Assembly (NCBI GenBank): GCA_963675755.2
Contig: CAXXMD010000003.1
Location: 544,001 to 608,000 of the forward strand
Length of the DNA stretch: 64,000 bases
Source: a bacterium
GTDB taxonomy: Bacteria; Zhuqueibacterota; Zhuqueibacteria; Residuimicrobiales; Krinioviventaceae
Direction: 5' to 3'
Part shown: positions 51,898 to 61,167 of the stretch, piece by piece
Layout of the letters: each line of letters starts with the position of its first letter
Numbering within the stretch: the stretch's first letter is position 1
Program-made: the position numbers and the translations under genes
The notes under the pieces: generated by a model
The model's input: the letters and a program-made list of their open reading frames with translations, nothing else
The model's database searches: none
What the model was told of the DNA's origin: nothing

Positions 51898-53844
51898 TCA
51901 ATTATTTTTCCATGGGTATTTAAATTCCCCAACACCATGGATAATTAATCCAAGCCAAAATTTGCTATAACACCATGGTTCAGGTATATCATTATAATAA
52001 CTATTCAAGGAAACACATGTTTTAATTTTTTTAATATAAAGGTTATATATACAAGCAGGCAACATTTGATTCTTTAATTTTAGCTCTACTAAGTCTAACG
52101 TGAAGGATTCTGACATATATCCCAAAAGTAATTCTTCACCATTTTTGCATTTTAAATTAATTCCATATAAAAACTTTTCATGATTATTAGGATGCTTATA
52201 TTTTTTAAGATAGACTTTTTGTCCTATCAATTCTTTTTCATTTTCCATGAGGAAATGTTGTATTTCAGCAATTTTACTTTTATCACCCATATATTTACAA
52301 TGGATAATACTATCTTCAATTAAATCATCTTCAAGACCTATTTCCAATTTAATAAGTTTATTTGTTTTATTATATCTATACCATCTTTTATTAGTAGATT
52401 GATTGAATTCTTTTAAATAAAAATTACCATCAATATCTAAATCTAAAATCTTTAAATCAGTTTTGGCTCTGCTTAAACCAACATACAATATTCTACCTTC
52501 TTCATATATATCATCTTGAAAATTATTAATAGTATTTACTATTTTTATATGATCAAATTCTAATCCTTTAGATTTATGAATAGTAGTAATTAGAATCTTA
52601 TTTTTAATATAATTTTCATCAATTATATTATCAGAATAAATTATTCTTTCTCGAAGTGTTTCAACAGAAATTGAATTTGTATCCTCCGAGAACCTAGCAA
52701 CCTTTAATAGCGAAATCCATGCCAATTCAGCATTATTAAACGGTAATTCATATTTATGCATTTGAAAACAGGAATCAAAAACGTCTATAAACTGATTCTT
52801 AGAAAGTTGTTGGGTTTGAATTTTATATAAGACTATAGCAATCCAAGATGGTATAAAATGTGGAGAATTTCCGAATATAGATTCAATTTTATTAATAGAT
52901 TCTTTATCTAGCATTTGGTATAATTGTTCAGAAAGCTCTATAATATGACTATTATTTCTACAAAGTATTGCAACATTTCTACAGGAAATTTCGGAATCAA
53001 TTAGTCTTAATAAATCACATAGATCTTCGGATGGTAATTGATTATATAATTGGGTTTGAATTTCAGTTACAGGATCTTTACTTGTATCAGTAGAATTATT
53101 GAGAATTGTTGATGCTTGACTAATAAGATTTGATATTTTTTTTTCAGATCTTTTGTTGACTGTTAGAATCAAGATATTTAGGTCATTTTTAAATTTTTTT
53201 TCAATCCATTCAACTAATTCACCTGAAGTTTGTATAAAAATAGCAACATCTTTCTCCCTGATCATCCAGTTGTAAATAGCCTGTTGTGGATCACCTAGTA
53301 TTGTAAAACCTTGTATATCTGAATCATTCACTCGGTATATTAAGTCAAGTAATATTTGTACTAACCTAGCACGAATTCCTGTTAGATCTTGATATTCATC
53401 TATAATTAAGTGGCGCAAATTCAATAAATCTTTAATATTTAATTCTTCCAATTTATCTCTTTTAACTTCTTTTAATTCGTTACATAGTAATTCAATATTT
53501 TTCTCATATGTATTACCTAATAGATCAATTTTATCATATCCCAACATAATAAGCATACGGAATGTCCATGAATCAAAAGTGCGTATTGAAAGATACTCTA
53601 ATTCTTCATTGTCAGATGTTGATTGATTGGTAAATGCTTGGATTCTATCTATAAGAGCTTTTACTGCTGCTCTTGAGAATGATAATATTAATATATTTCT
53701 TGGATTAAGATTTTCTTTGTTCAACAACCATATCAATCTCCTAGCAACTACTTCTGTTTTTCCTGTGCCAGGACCAGCTTTAACAAGAATTTTCTTATTA
53801 TAGGTTGATTCGATAATATTTTTTTGTTCATCTGTAATATTCAT
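51898..53844 (-). CDS. UvrD/Rep-like SF1 helicase with unknown C-terminal domain
   Basis: AGPGTGKT, IDEYQD, GDPQQAIY, NKRS, TIHKSKGLEF, YVGLSRAK. Confidence 0.9.
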   Translation of the reverse strand: MNITDEQKNIIESTYNKKILVKAGPGTGKTEVVARRLIWLLNKENLNPRNILILSFSRAAVKALIDRIQAFTNQSTSDNEELEYLSIRTFDSWTFRMLIMLGYDKIDLLGNTYEKNIELLCNELKEVKRDKLEELNIKDLLNLRHLIIDEYQDLTGIRARLVQILLDLIYRVNDSDIQGFTILGDPQQAIYNWMIREKDVAIFIQTSGELVEWIEKKFKNDLNILILTVNKRSEKKISNLISQASTILNNSTDTSKDPVTEIQTQLYNQLPSEDLCDLLRLIDSEISCRNVAILCRNNSHIIELSEQLYQMLDKESINKIESIFGNSPHFIPSWIAIVLYKIQTQQLSKNQFIDVFDSCFQMHKYELPFNNAELAWISLLKVARFSEDTNSISVETLRERIIYSDNIIDENYIKNKILITTIHKSKGLEFDHIKIVNTINNFQDDIYEEGRILYVGLSRAKTDLKILDLDIDGNFYLKEFNQSTNKRWYRYNKTNKLIKLEIGLEDDLIEDSIIHCKYMGDKSKIAEIQHFLMENEKELIGQKVYLKKYKHPNNHEKFLYGINLKCKNGEELLLGYMSESFTLDLVELKLKNQMLPACIYNLYIKKIKTCVSLNSYYNDIPEPWCYSKFWLGLIIHGVGEFKYPWKNN

Positions 53845-53920
53845 ATTTTTCTACAATTAAATTTAATTGATTTCAATTTTTAAATTTATAAGATTGAATT
53901 GTCATAAAATACTACTGAAA

Positions 53921-55522
53921 TTATATATTTCTTATATTGATAAATAAACTATACACGATTTGAGCAATTTGATATGCTAAATAAGGTGGAACTGCATTTC
54001 CTACCTGATGGTATTGTGATGTTCTTGAGCCACAAAATAAATAGTTGTCAGGAAATGTTTGAATCCTTGCTGCTTCACGAACAGTCAAACTTCTACATTG
54101 ATCCGGATCATAATGTATAAAATAGTGCCCATCTTTTGAAATATGGCTGGTTATAGTCGTAGCAGGTCTGTCAGGCAACTGAACTCTGAATCGGTCAGCA
54201 AAAATACCTGATTTGGCATTTTTATGATCAGGTAACAATTCCGATCCATATTTTTCATATTCATGTAATCTTGGAAAACGATTATGTGCTTTTGCAAACA
54301 TACTTGCAAACATATACCTTTTTAAATCTTGAACAAGGTGAGTTCTTGAGATATGATTGCATATTCCATTTAGCCTGGGATCATAATACCATTCACTTAA
54401 AGGATTTTTTTTGTCTTTTATTGCTGTTTCGATATACTCTGAACCAATCCCATTATTTGGGATTAAAATATGCGAAGTAGGGTATTTATCAGAAAATCCA
54501 TTCCAGGTAATTATTTCATTTCTGAATAAATTTACCAATTCAATCCATTTTTCATTTGAATCATTTATTTGTTCATATAATCTTTTCTTCTTTCCATTAA
54601 TTTTGTCAGAAGATATTAGATTACGATTTAATCCACTTCTAATTTTGGGTAAATCCCCAATTACATCCCTTAAATTAATCTCTTTTTCATTTAACTTAAG
54701 AATTCCAGGATAAACATTTAGATCATTTCTAATACCTAATAAAATTACACGGTGTCTCTTTTGAGGAATACCATATTTTTCAGATTCAATTAAATAGTCT
54801 CTGTTATTTTTATAATAGGGTTTATTATTTTCAAAGTCCGCTTTTGTTGTTAGAGAATATATTTTATATTTTTGTGATTTGATATTGTTAAAAACTAATG
54901 CCGGATTATGCAAATCTCTTAAAATCCAATTAAAAACTTTTTCATTGTTTACTTTTGCTGAAAGCAATCCTTTAACATTTTCCATTACAAAAATTGCTGG
55001 TTGATGGACAGCAATAATTCGTAAATATTCCTTATATAAATACACTCTATGATCATCTTTGCTAATACCACCAACCCTTGACCTTCCAGCCAGAGAGTAT
55101 GCCTGACATGGTGGTCCTCCAATTAAAACCCAATTTTTTGTATTATTTAAACTTTCTTTTATTCGTTTATCAATCACTTCAGGAGGAAAACTATCTGCCC
55201 CCAATTCTGCCCGCCATGATTCATTTTTTGCTACTTGATACTCCTTAGGAAATTTTTCAAATAATTCTTGTTTTTTACTCTCACGTTTAGAAGTAGATGG
55301 TTCTTGTAATACTTTATAGTATTCATTAGGTAATTCCCCTAGATTAAATTGTCTGCAAAAACTTCTTAATTCTAGAGTTTTGTGAGCATTTTCATCCTTT
55401 TCAATTGATAGATTAATATCAAATACACGTTCATTATCAATAGAAACTGATGAAAATCCCTCACTCAATCCACCAGGCCCCGCAAAAAGATCAATTATTG
55501 GTATTTGATTTATTCCTGACAT
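53921..55522 (-). CDS. DNA (cytosine-5) methyltransferase (DrmMII/Dcm-like, long variant)
   Basis: DLFAGPGG, GGPPCQ, ENVKG, QKRHRV, REAARIQTFPD, QVGNAV. Confidence 0.95.
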   Translation of the reverse strand: MSGINQIPIIDLFAGPGGLSEGFSSVSIDNERVFDINLSIEKDENAHKTLELRSFCRQFNLGELPNEYYKVLQEPSTSKRESKKQELFEKFPKEYQVAKNESWRAELGADSFPPEVIDKRIKESLNNTKNWVLIGGPPCQAYSLAGRSRVGGISKDDHRVYLYKEYLRIIAVHQPAIFVMENVKGLLSAKVNNEKVFNWILRDLHNPALVFNNIKSQKYKIYSLTTKADFENNKPYYKNNRDYLIESEKYGIPQKRHRVILLGIRNDLNVYPGILKLNEKEINLRDVIGDLPKIRSGLNRNLISSDKINGKKKRLYEQINDSNEKWIELVNLFRNEIITWNGFSDKYPTSHILIPNNGIGSEYIETAIKDKKNPLSEWYYDPRLNGICNHISRTHLVQDLKRYMFASMFAKAHNRFPRLHEYEKYGSELLPDHKNAKSGIFADRFRVQLPDRPATTITSHISKDGHYFIHYDPDQCRSLTVREAARIQTFPDNYLFCGSRTSQYHQVGNAVPPYLAYQIAQIVYSLFINIRNI

Positions 55523-55935
55523 ATTATTGCATCATATAATTTTTTCAAAGTATACTCCCGTTGATCATTTTTTAACTCACATTCCCAAACAACAAATGTT
55601 TTCCATCCCAGTTCGTTAAGCTTTTTCACATTTTCTATATCCTTTAATGCTGTTTTAGAAATTTTCTCCACCCACCACTCTGTTCTAGTTTTAGGCACTA
55701 CAAAGTATTTACAACCCTCATGCTTGTGCCAAAAACAACCATATACCTGAACAACCGACCGATATTTGGGAAGTACAATATCGGGTTTTCCTGGTAACTC
55801 TTTAACATGCAAACGGAATCTCAATCCTTGTGAATGAAGATATTTTCGGACTAATAGTTCAGGTTTTGTATCCTTTGCCCTGATCCGACTCATGTTATAG
55901 CTTCGGGTTTTTTCATCATGCACATCAGTCATCAA
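55510..55935 (-). CDS. vsr: Very-short-patch repair endonuclease
   Basis: RSYNMSRIRAKDTKPE, LPGKPD, GCFWH, VWEC. Confidence 0.95.
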   Translation of the reverse strand: MMTDVHDEKTRSYNMSRIRAKDTKPELLVRKYLHSQGLRFRLHVKELPGKPDIVLPKYRSVVQVYGCFWHKHEGCKYFVVPKTRTEWWVEKISKTALKDIENVKKLNELGWKTFVVWECELKNDQREYTLKKLYDAIICQE

Positions 55936-56080
55936 TATAATCCAAAATAGCCAAGATTTTTATTTTTTATCCAGAGAGTTTTATCCCCCATTTTCAACCC
56001 ATAAATAATAACATAAAAAAAATTATTAAAATCAACATCTTTTATTGTTTAAATACCGACATACATTTTAATTAAATAAC

Positions 56081-56109
56081 TTGACATTGCTACTAAAAAG
56101 TAGTAAATT
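56081..56109 (+). promoter_or_regulatory. Sigma70-type promoter of a candidate ncRNA or leader
   Basis: TTGACA, 17 bp, TAAATT. Confidence 0.6.
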
Positions 56110-56115
56110 TGTTAC

Positions 56116-56325
56116 AACAGCACAAGGTATCACCTCAAGAGAGAATACCAAATTTTTAAAGACAGAACCCATCACTGGACTGTCGCTCTGTACTTAATAT
56201 CTTCGATTAGGGGCTTTGTCACAACTGAATCAGGCCAATTCAATTGTGATCCAAAATATTGCATGCAAGCATGAATCCCTTTTTTAATCCGTTTAGGCCA
56301 AATGGATTGAAAAGGGGATTTTTTT
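56116..56325 (+). ncRNA. Candidate structured non-coding RNA or leader
   Basis: Four hairpins between a promoter and a terminator-like 21-bp stem (3 G-U pairs) with U-tract; two loops share AGGCC. Confidence 0.45.
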
Positions 56326-56447
56326 GTCAATAGATTCTTACCTTTCTATCCAACATACTATGGCATTATATTTGTTATTTTGCTATACGTCCTTTTTTAC
56401 ATGTTTTATATGCATTTAAATTACAATTATTTAAAGTCATAAATACA

Positions 56448-57878
56448 ATGAAATCAAAAACAAATTCTCATCCTATTTTTCCAGAAATTGATGAAATTAA
56501 TAATCTAATTGAAAAATTGAATTTTTTCATCTATTGGACAAAAAAATATATCATTCATATATCTGAGGTTTTAGATAAAGGAAGAAAAAAAAGATGGACA
56601 TATTCTAAAAAAGCACAAGAAATTTTGGAGTTTTATAAAGAATTGCAAAATCCATTCAAACCTGAATTTAAAATTTATCACTCGAAAGCCATCCATGCTC
56701 ATCTTGAATTAAATCTCGAGAAATTATCCTACAATCATAAAGAGTACTCAATTGAATGGTTGAACCATTCAGATCCAAAAGTAAAAATAATATATCCTTA
56801 TAGAAAAATGATATGTTTTCATAATTCAGATAACACCATAACACCCTCAATAACTAATATTTACCCACATAAAATGATTGATTATTATGAAGACTTTTTA
56901 AAAAATTTGAAATACAATCATATTTTTAGTGACGATTTAATGGATCAACTTTTTGTTCTGTTTATAATAAAAAGAACTCAAGACGGAGATGAAAAAGCAC
57001 TTGAAAAACTGCTTAAAATATTACATCATAAAATCATTTCAACTAGTGAAGTCTTTTTGAAACAACTTGATGAATTAGGAAAGAACTATCAAATAACCAA
57101 GAATGATATAATTGATACTGCAACCCAAATTACCAAATTATTGATAACTGGTGATCATCCAAGTCAATTAATCAAACTAATTAATCCTCTTAATTTTGAT
57201 TATGATTTATTCCTAAATCGACTAGTAGCTAAAACAATTGTCAATTCAGCAGAATTAATAATCCCAGAAGCATTAGAATGGATAAATGTTATAAATGATC
57301 AATTAAATAAGCTATCAATTACCCAAAAAAGAAATGAAATAAATTACAGAATTGAAAATATTCAATTGGCTATTGATTCATTTTTAATAAAAATGAATCC
57401 CTTTTACTGGTTAAACCCATATGCTAAAAATAAAGAGTATGAATTCAATAGTCAAATGTATCGTCAATTAAACGGTGCGAATATTGTAAGTTATCTGTTT
57501 GGTACAAAAAAAACAAACAATAAAGGGGCATTATGGAATCGACTAAGGGACTGGAAAAAACATTTTAAATCCATTCAAAAGAAGGAATTTGATGAAAATA
57601 ATATTAAACAAGCAACGACAATTAATACAAATGATAGTTCATCAAACGAGTTTGAAAATATGATTTTTAATTATTGGATAGAACAAACCAATCCCAAAAC
57701 ATCACATCAATTAATTATTGAATGCACATATTTAGATCACCTTACCTCGAAAGAAACTGAAGAAGCTACTCGGGTACATATCAGAACAATACAGAGAGTA
57801 AAAAAAGCTTTTGAAAAATGGAAAGAGGACAATTCAAAAGTTCTATTTGAAAAATTTTCAGTTTTTCTTCCCTATTAA
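56448..57878 (+). CDS. Hypothetical protein with divergent sigma70-like region 2 and region 4 HTH
   Basis: IIKRTQDGDEKALEKLL; SYLFG...LWNRLRD; IIECTYLDHLTSKETEEATRVHIRTIQR. Confidence 0.5.
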   Translation: MKSKTNSHPIFPEIDEINNLIEKLNFFIYWTKKYIIHISEVLDKGRKKRWTYSKKAQEILEFYKELQNPFKPEFKIYHSKAIHAHLELNLEKLSYNHKEYSIEWLNHSDPKVKIIYPYRKMICFHNSDNTITPSITNIYPHKMIDYYEDFLKNLKYNHIFSDDLMDQLFVLFIIKRTQDGDEKALEKLLKILHHKIISTSEVFLKQLDELGKNYQITKNDIIDTATQITKLLITGDHPSQLIKLINPLNFDYDLFLNRLVAKTIVNSAELIIPEALEWINVINDQLNKLSITQKRNEINYRIENIQLAIDSFLIKMNPFYWLNPYAKNKEYEFNSQMYRQLNGANIVSYLFGTKKTNNKGALWNRLRDWKKHFKSIQKKEFDENNIKQATTINTNDSSSNEFENMIFNYWIEQTNPKTSHQLIIECTYLDHLTSKETEEATRVHIRTIQRVKKAFEKWKEDNSKVLFEKFSVFLPY

Positions 57879-58045
57879 TGTCGTTTTTATAATGTAATTT
57901 TCCATTTGTATGCCGATTGGAAACAACTATCAAAAAGTTTCCAATGATCGGCAATCAATTATTTTTTAAATTTACAGCCAATCTGCGAAAAGGTCATGCC
58001 GATCACCAGAGTAACAGGTTGGCTTTTTTATTAGGAGGTACTAAT

Positions 58046-59212
58046 ATGAGTACAACCAATAAAAATTCAGAAAGTACAGAAAGAGATTATCCTGGCATTG
58101 ACTTTCCAAATGTAATAGAAGGTGTCGCTGGCGATTTTGCTTCTCTGTACTCAAATTATCTGGAGTCTCCTCCAGAATTTTTTTCAACTTGCTTTTTAAC
58201 TTGCCTTGGTAATGTCATTTCAGGCTTTGTAACGTTAGAAAGTGAACTTTCACCTCAACCCAGGATTTATCTGGTGATAACAGGTGAAAGTGCTGATGAT
58301 CGAAAATCAACAGCAATCAACAAGACCTTTGATTTTTTTCAAGAGGTTGACCCTTACATGAGCATTTGTCGGGGTGTTGGTAGTGCTGAAGGATTACAGT
58401 CTCAGTTGGATGAAAATTCAAACTCAATTCTTGCACTGGATGAGTTTAAACAATTTGTATCCAAGAGCAGGATCGATTCATCAGTATTACTACCCTGTGT
58501 AAATACACTGTTTGAATCCAACAGTTATGCAAATCGGACTAAACAATCATCAATTGTACTGGAAAATGTTCACTTGAGCATGATCGCTGCATCAACTCTC
58601 GATACATTTGAAAGTATGTGGGATTCTTCATTTACAAATATTGGATTTAACAACAGGTTATTTCTGGTACCAGGGAGCAGTACTAAAAAAATAGCTTTCC
58701 CCAAAATGATTCCTGAGGTGCTGAAAATTCCAATCAAAGACAAGTTGAATCAAATTTTAGGCGTATTAGATAGTTCCACACCACCATTAAGAATACCAAT
58801 GGATAATGATGCCGCTCAGTTATACGAAGACTGGTATCGTAATTTTTCAAGATCAATACATACTAAACGTATTGACACCTATTCTTTGCGATTTATGATT
58901 TTGTTTGCAGTTAATGAAAATAAATTCATTGTAGACAAAGAAATTGTGGAAAAGGTAATATTACTGATGGATTGGCAATTGAAAATGCGACAAATTTACG
59001 ACCCTATTGATGCTGATAATGTCATTGCAAAGATGGAGGGTAAAATCAGAAGACAACTTTCAAATCAAGATTTAACAGATCGTGAGCTTAAGCAGAAAAC
59101 CCATTATCACAGAGTTGGAACGCATATTTACAACTATGCGATAAAAAACCTTGAAAACTCCGATGAGATTTATTACGACAGAGATACGGATAGATGGGTT
59201 TTAATTGAGTAG
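58046..59212 (+). CDS. DUF3987/YfjI-like replication-associated ATPase/helicase-like protein
   Basis: YLVITGESADDRKST (degenerate P-loop), SAEGL, LDEF, GFNNRL, C-terminal winged-helix-like end; start moved to ATG 58046 after AGGAGG. Confidence 0.7.
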   Translation: MSTTNKNSESTERDYPGIDFPNVIEGVAGDFASLYSNYLESPPEFFSTCFLTCLGNVISGFVTLESELSPQPRIYLVITGESADDRKSTAINKTFDFFQEVDPYMSICRGVGSAEGLQSQLDENSNSILALDEFKQFVSKSRIDSSVLLPCVNTLFESNSYANRTKQSSIVLENVHLSMIAASTLDTFESMWDSSFTNIGFNNRLFLVPGSSTKKIAFPKMIPEVLKIPIKDKLNQILGVLDSSTPPLRIPMDNDAAQLYEDWYRNFSRSIHTKRIDTYSLRFMILFAVNENKFIVDKEIVEKVILLMDWQLKMRQIYDPIDADNVIAKMEGKIRRQLSNQDLTDRELKQKTHYHRVGTHIYNYAIKNLENSDEIYYDRDTDRWVLIE

Positions 59213-59409
59213 CCACTATTGTAGCCAAGGGTGTTTTTATTAATAAGATATTGTTTTTTAACAACTTTTAATACAGACCCCCTTGTTAGCCACAATAAAT
59301 TTATATAATATTGAAAATATATTATATATCTGGCAAACTTAAATCAGCTTAAAATGATAATTTTAAATAACTTAAACAAAGAAAAGGAGGTGGCTACAAT
59401 AGTGGCTAC
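59209..59409. repeat. Perfect 19-bp inverted repeat around an AT-rich core (putative origin)
   Basis: GTAGCCACTATTGTAGCCA (59209-59227) and TGGCTACAATAGTGGCTAC (59391-59409); extra TAGCCA at ~59287. Confidence 0.7.
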
Positions 59410-59424
59410 CTCAGAGGAGTAAAT

Positions 59425-59670
59425 ATGAAGAATGAAAATACAATAGAAAAAAATACTTTACCATTTAAAAAATTACTAAATGTGATTCAAGTAGCTAACT
59501 TGTTAAACGTAAAACCCTGGACAATTCGTGCCTGGGTATCACAAAAAAAAATTCCATATGTAAAAGTTGGAAGACTCGTTCGGTTTAGGCCTGAAGACAT
59601 TGAAGCATTCATACAGGCAAATTGTATTGAGTCACATGTATTTTGGGAAAACGAAACAAAAGTTAATTAA
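59425..59670 (+). CDS. Excisionase-like HTH DNA-binding protein
   Basis: LLNVIQVANLLNVKPWTIRAWV...IPYVKVGRLVRF. Confidence 0.85.
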   Translation: MKNENTIEKNTLPFKKLLNVIQVANLLNVKPWTIRAWVSQKKIPYVKVGRLVRFRPEDIEAFIQANCIESHVFWENETKVN

Positions 59671-59688
59671 CGTAAGGAGATTCAAACC

Positions 59689-59961
59689 ATGAAAAAACAT
59701 AATGAAATTGAAACAAAATATTTCTCAATTATAGAACTCCCTGAGAAATACATGTGTAAGGAATTAGTATCAATTGAAAATGAAAAACTCTTAGAAATGA
59801 AAACAATATCGGAATGGTTAAAGGTTTCTCCCTCAACTATTCGAACTTGGATAAAACAAAGAAAAATCTCCTATGTAAAAATAGGCAGTAAGGTTTTGTT
59901 CCGGCATATTGATATCGAAGAATTTGTAATTGGCAGTCCATTGGAAAATATTTACTATTGA
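59689..59961 (+). CDS. Second excisionase-like HTH DNA-binding protein
   Basis: ISEWLKVSPSTIRTWIKQRKISYVKIGSKVLF; AAGGAG RBS. Confidence 0.8.
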   Translation: MKKHNEIETKYFSIIELPEKYMCKELVSIENEKLLEMKTISEWLKVSPSTIRTWIKQRKISYVKIGSKVLFRHIDIEEFVIGSPLENIYY

Positions 59962-60067
59962 CATTATTTAAGGTTGATTCTCATGTTTTTTGGCTGTATT
60001 ATATATTATAGTAATAATCTAATCGGTAAACACTCACAAGTTTGTGTAAATCCGGAAAGGAGCTAAT

Positions 60068-61129
60068 ATGTCCAGGATTTATCAGCGCAAACCGGGTGGG
60101 GTATACTGGATTGATTATTCTGTGAATGGCGAGAGAAAGAGAGAATCAACCGGTTCGTCCAACAAGAAACTTGCAGAACAGATTCTGCATAGACGTCTTG
60201 GAGATGTTGTAAAAGGCAAGTTTGATGTGGTGAACCTGAAAAAGGCTCCCACATTGAACGAGTTTTCTGAAAACTTTTTGCAATGGTCGAAGAGTAACAA
60301 AAGAAGCTGGACTCGTGACCAGACTTCTCTGAACAACCTGCTTCCGTTCTTTGGCAAAACCCGACTCAATGCAATTACTCCCTACCTGGTAGAGCAGTAT
60401 CGTATTGAACGTAAGAAACTCGTGAAAGAAGCTACAATAAATCGTGAAGTGGCTTTACTGAAGAATATGCTGAACCGTGCTGTAGAATGGCAGTTCATTG
60501 GTAAGAATCCAATTGAGGATTTCAAACTATACAAGGAAAGCACAGGTATCACAAACTTCTTATCCAGGGAAGAATGTGAACGACTGATCGACGCAAGTTC
60601 TGACACATTTCAGTGGATCGTTATCACAGCGATCCATACCGGAATGCGTAAGATGGAAATCCTGAATCTCAAGTGGTCACAGGTTAACCTGGAAAGTGGT
60701 ATGATCATGTTACATGAAACCAAAAACGGTAAACCCCGTTACATTCCACTTGACCGGACCATGATTGATCTGCTGAATAGTATTCCACATCGCAGCGATT
60801 ATGTATTCGCTCAGAAAAACGGTGAACCCTATTCCTGGATTGGTCGTGCCTGGAAAAATGCCACAGCTAAAGCTGATGTCAACCTTCGCTTTCATGATCT
60901 TCGCCATACATTTGCCAGCCATCTGGTGATGGCAGGAGTTGATCTGCCCACAGTCAAGGAATTACTGGGGCACAGTTCCATCAGTATGGTGATGCGTTAT
61001 GCCCATTTGTCACCGGAGCACAAACAGAAAGCCGTTAGAGCCCTGGACAGGGTATTTGAAAGTAATATTGGCACAAATGTGGCACACGGCACAAATATTC
61101 ACGATATTAAGGAAGCAGTAAATTACTGA
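60068..61129 (+). CDS. int: Tyrosine recombinase/integrase
   Basis: N-terminal arm-binding-like region; TGMR, TKNG, HDLRH, LGHS, RYAH catalytic set intact. Confidence 0.95.
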   Translation: MSRIYQRKPGGVYWIDYSVNGERKRESTGSSNKKLAEQILHRRLGDVVKGKFDVVNLKKAPTLNEFSENFLQWSKSNKRSWTRDQTSLNNLLPFFGKTRLNAITPYLVEQYRIERKKLVKEATINREVALLKNMLNRAVEWQFIGKNPIEDFKLYKESTGITNFLSREECERLIDASSDTFQWIVITAIHTGMRKMEILNLKWSQVNLESGMIMLHETKNGKPRYIPLDRTMIDLLNSIPHRSDYVFAQKNGEPYSWIGRAWKNATAKADVNLRFHDLRHTFASHLVMAGVDLPTVKELLGHSSISMVMRYAHLSPEHKQKAVRALDRVFESNIGTNVAHGTNIHDIKEAVNY

Positions 61130-61167
61130 TTTTATGAAACTTATTAAACACTCAATTCTCTCAGAAA

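Noticed and set aside
51879-51938. Track's longest-ORF starts for drmA (also 15327, 16683, 34420, 34423, 57917)
   Set aside because: Downstream starts have better RBSs or signal peptides, or avoid overlaps with adjacent genes and promoters.
56231-56300. AGGCC loops as proof of the MTase target site
   Set aside because: GGCC also occurs at several other island positions; specificity cannot be read from this window.
56081-57878. Retron or RNA-guided nuclease locus (ncRNA plus ORF)
   Set aside because: The downstream ORF shows no YxDD reverse-transcriptase, RuvC or HEPN motifs that I can identify.
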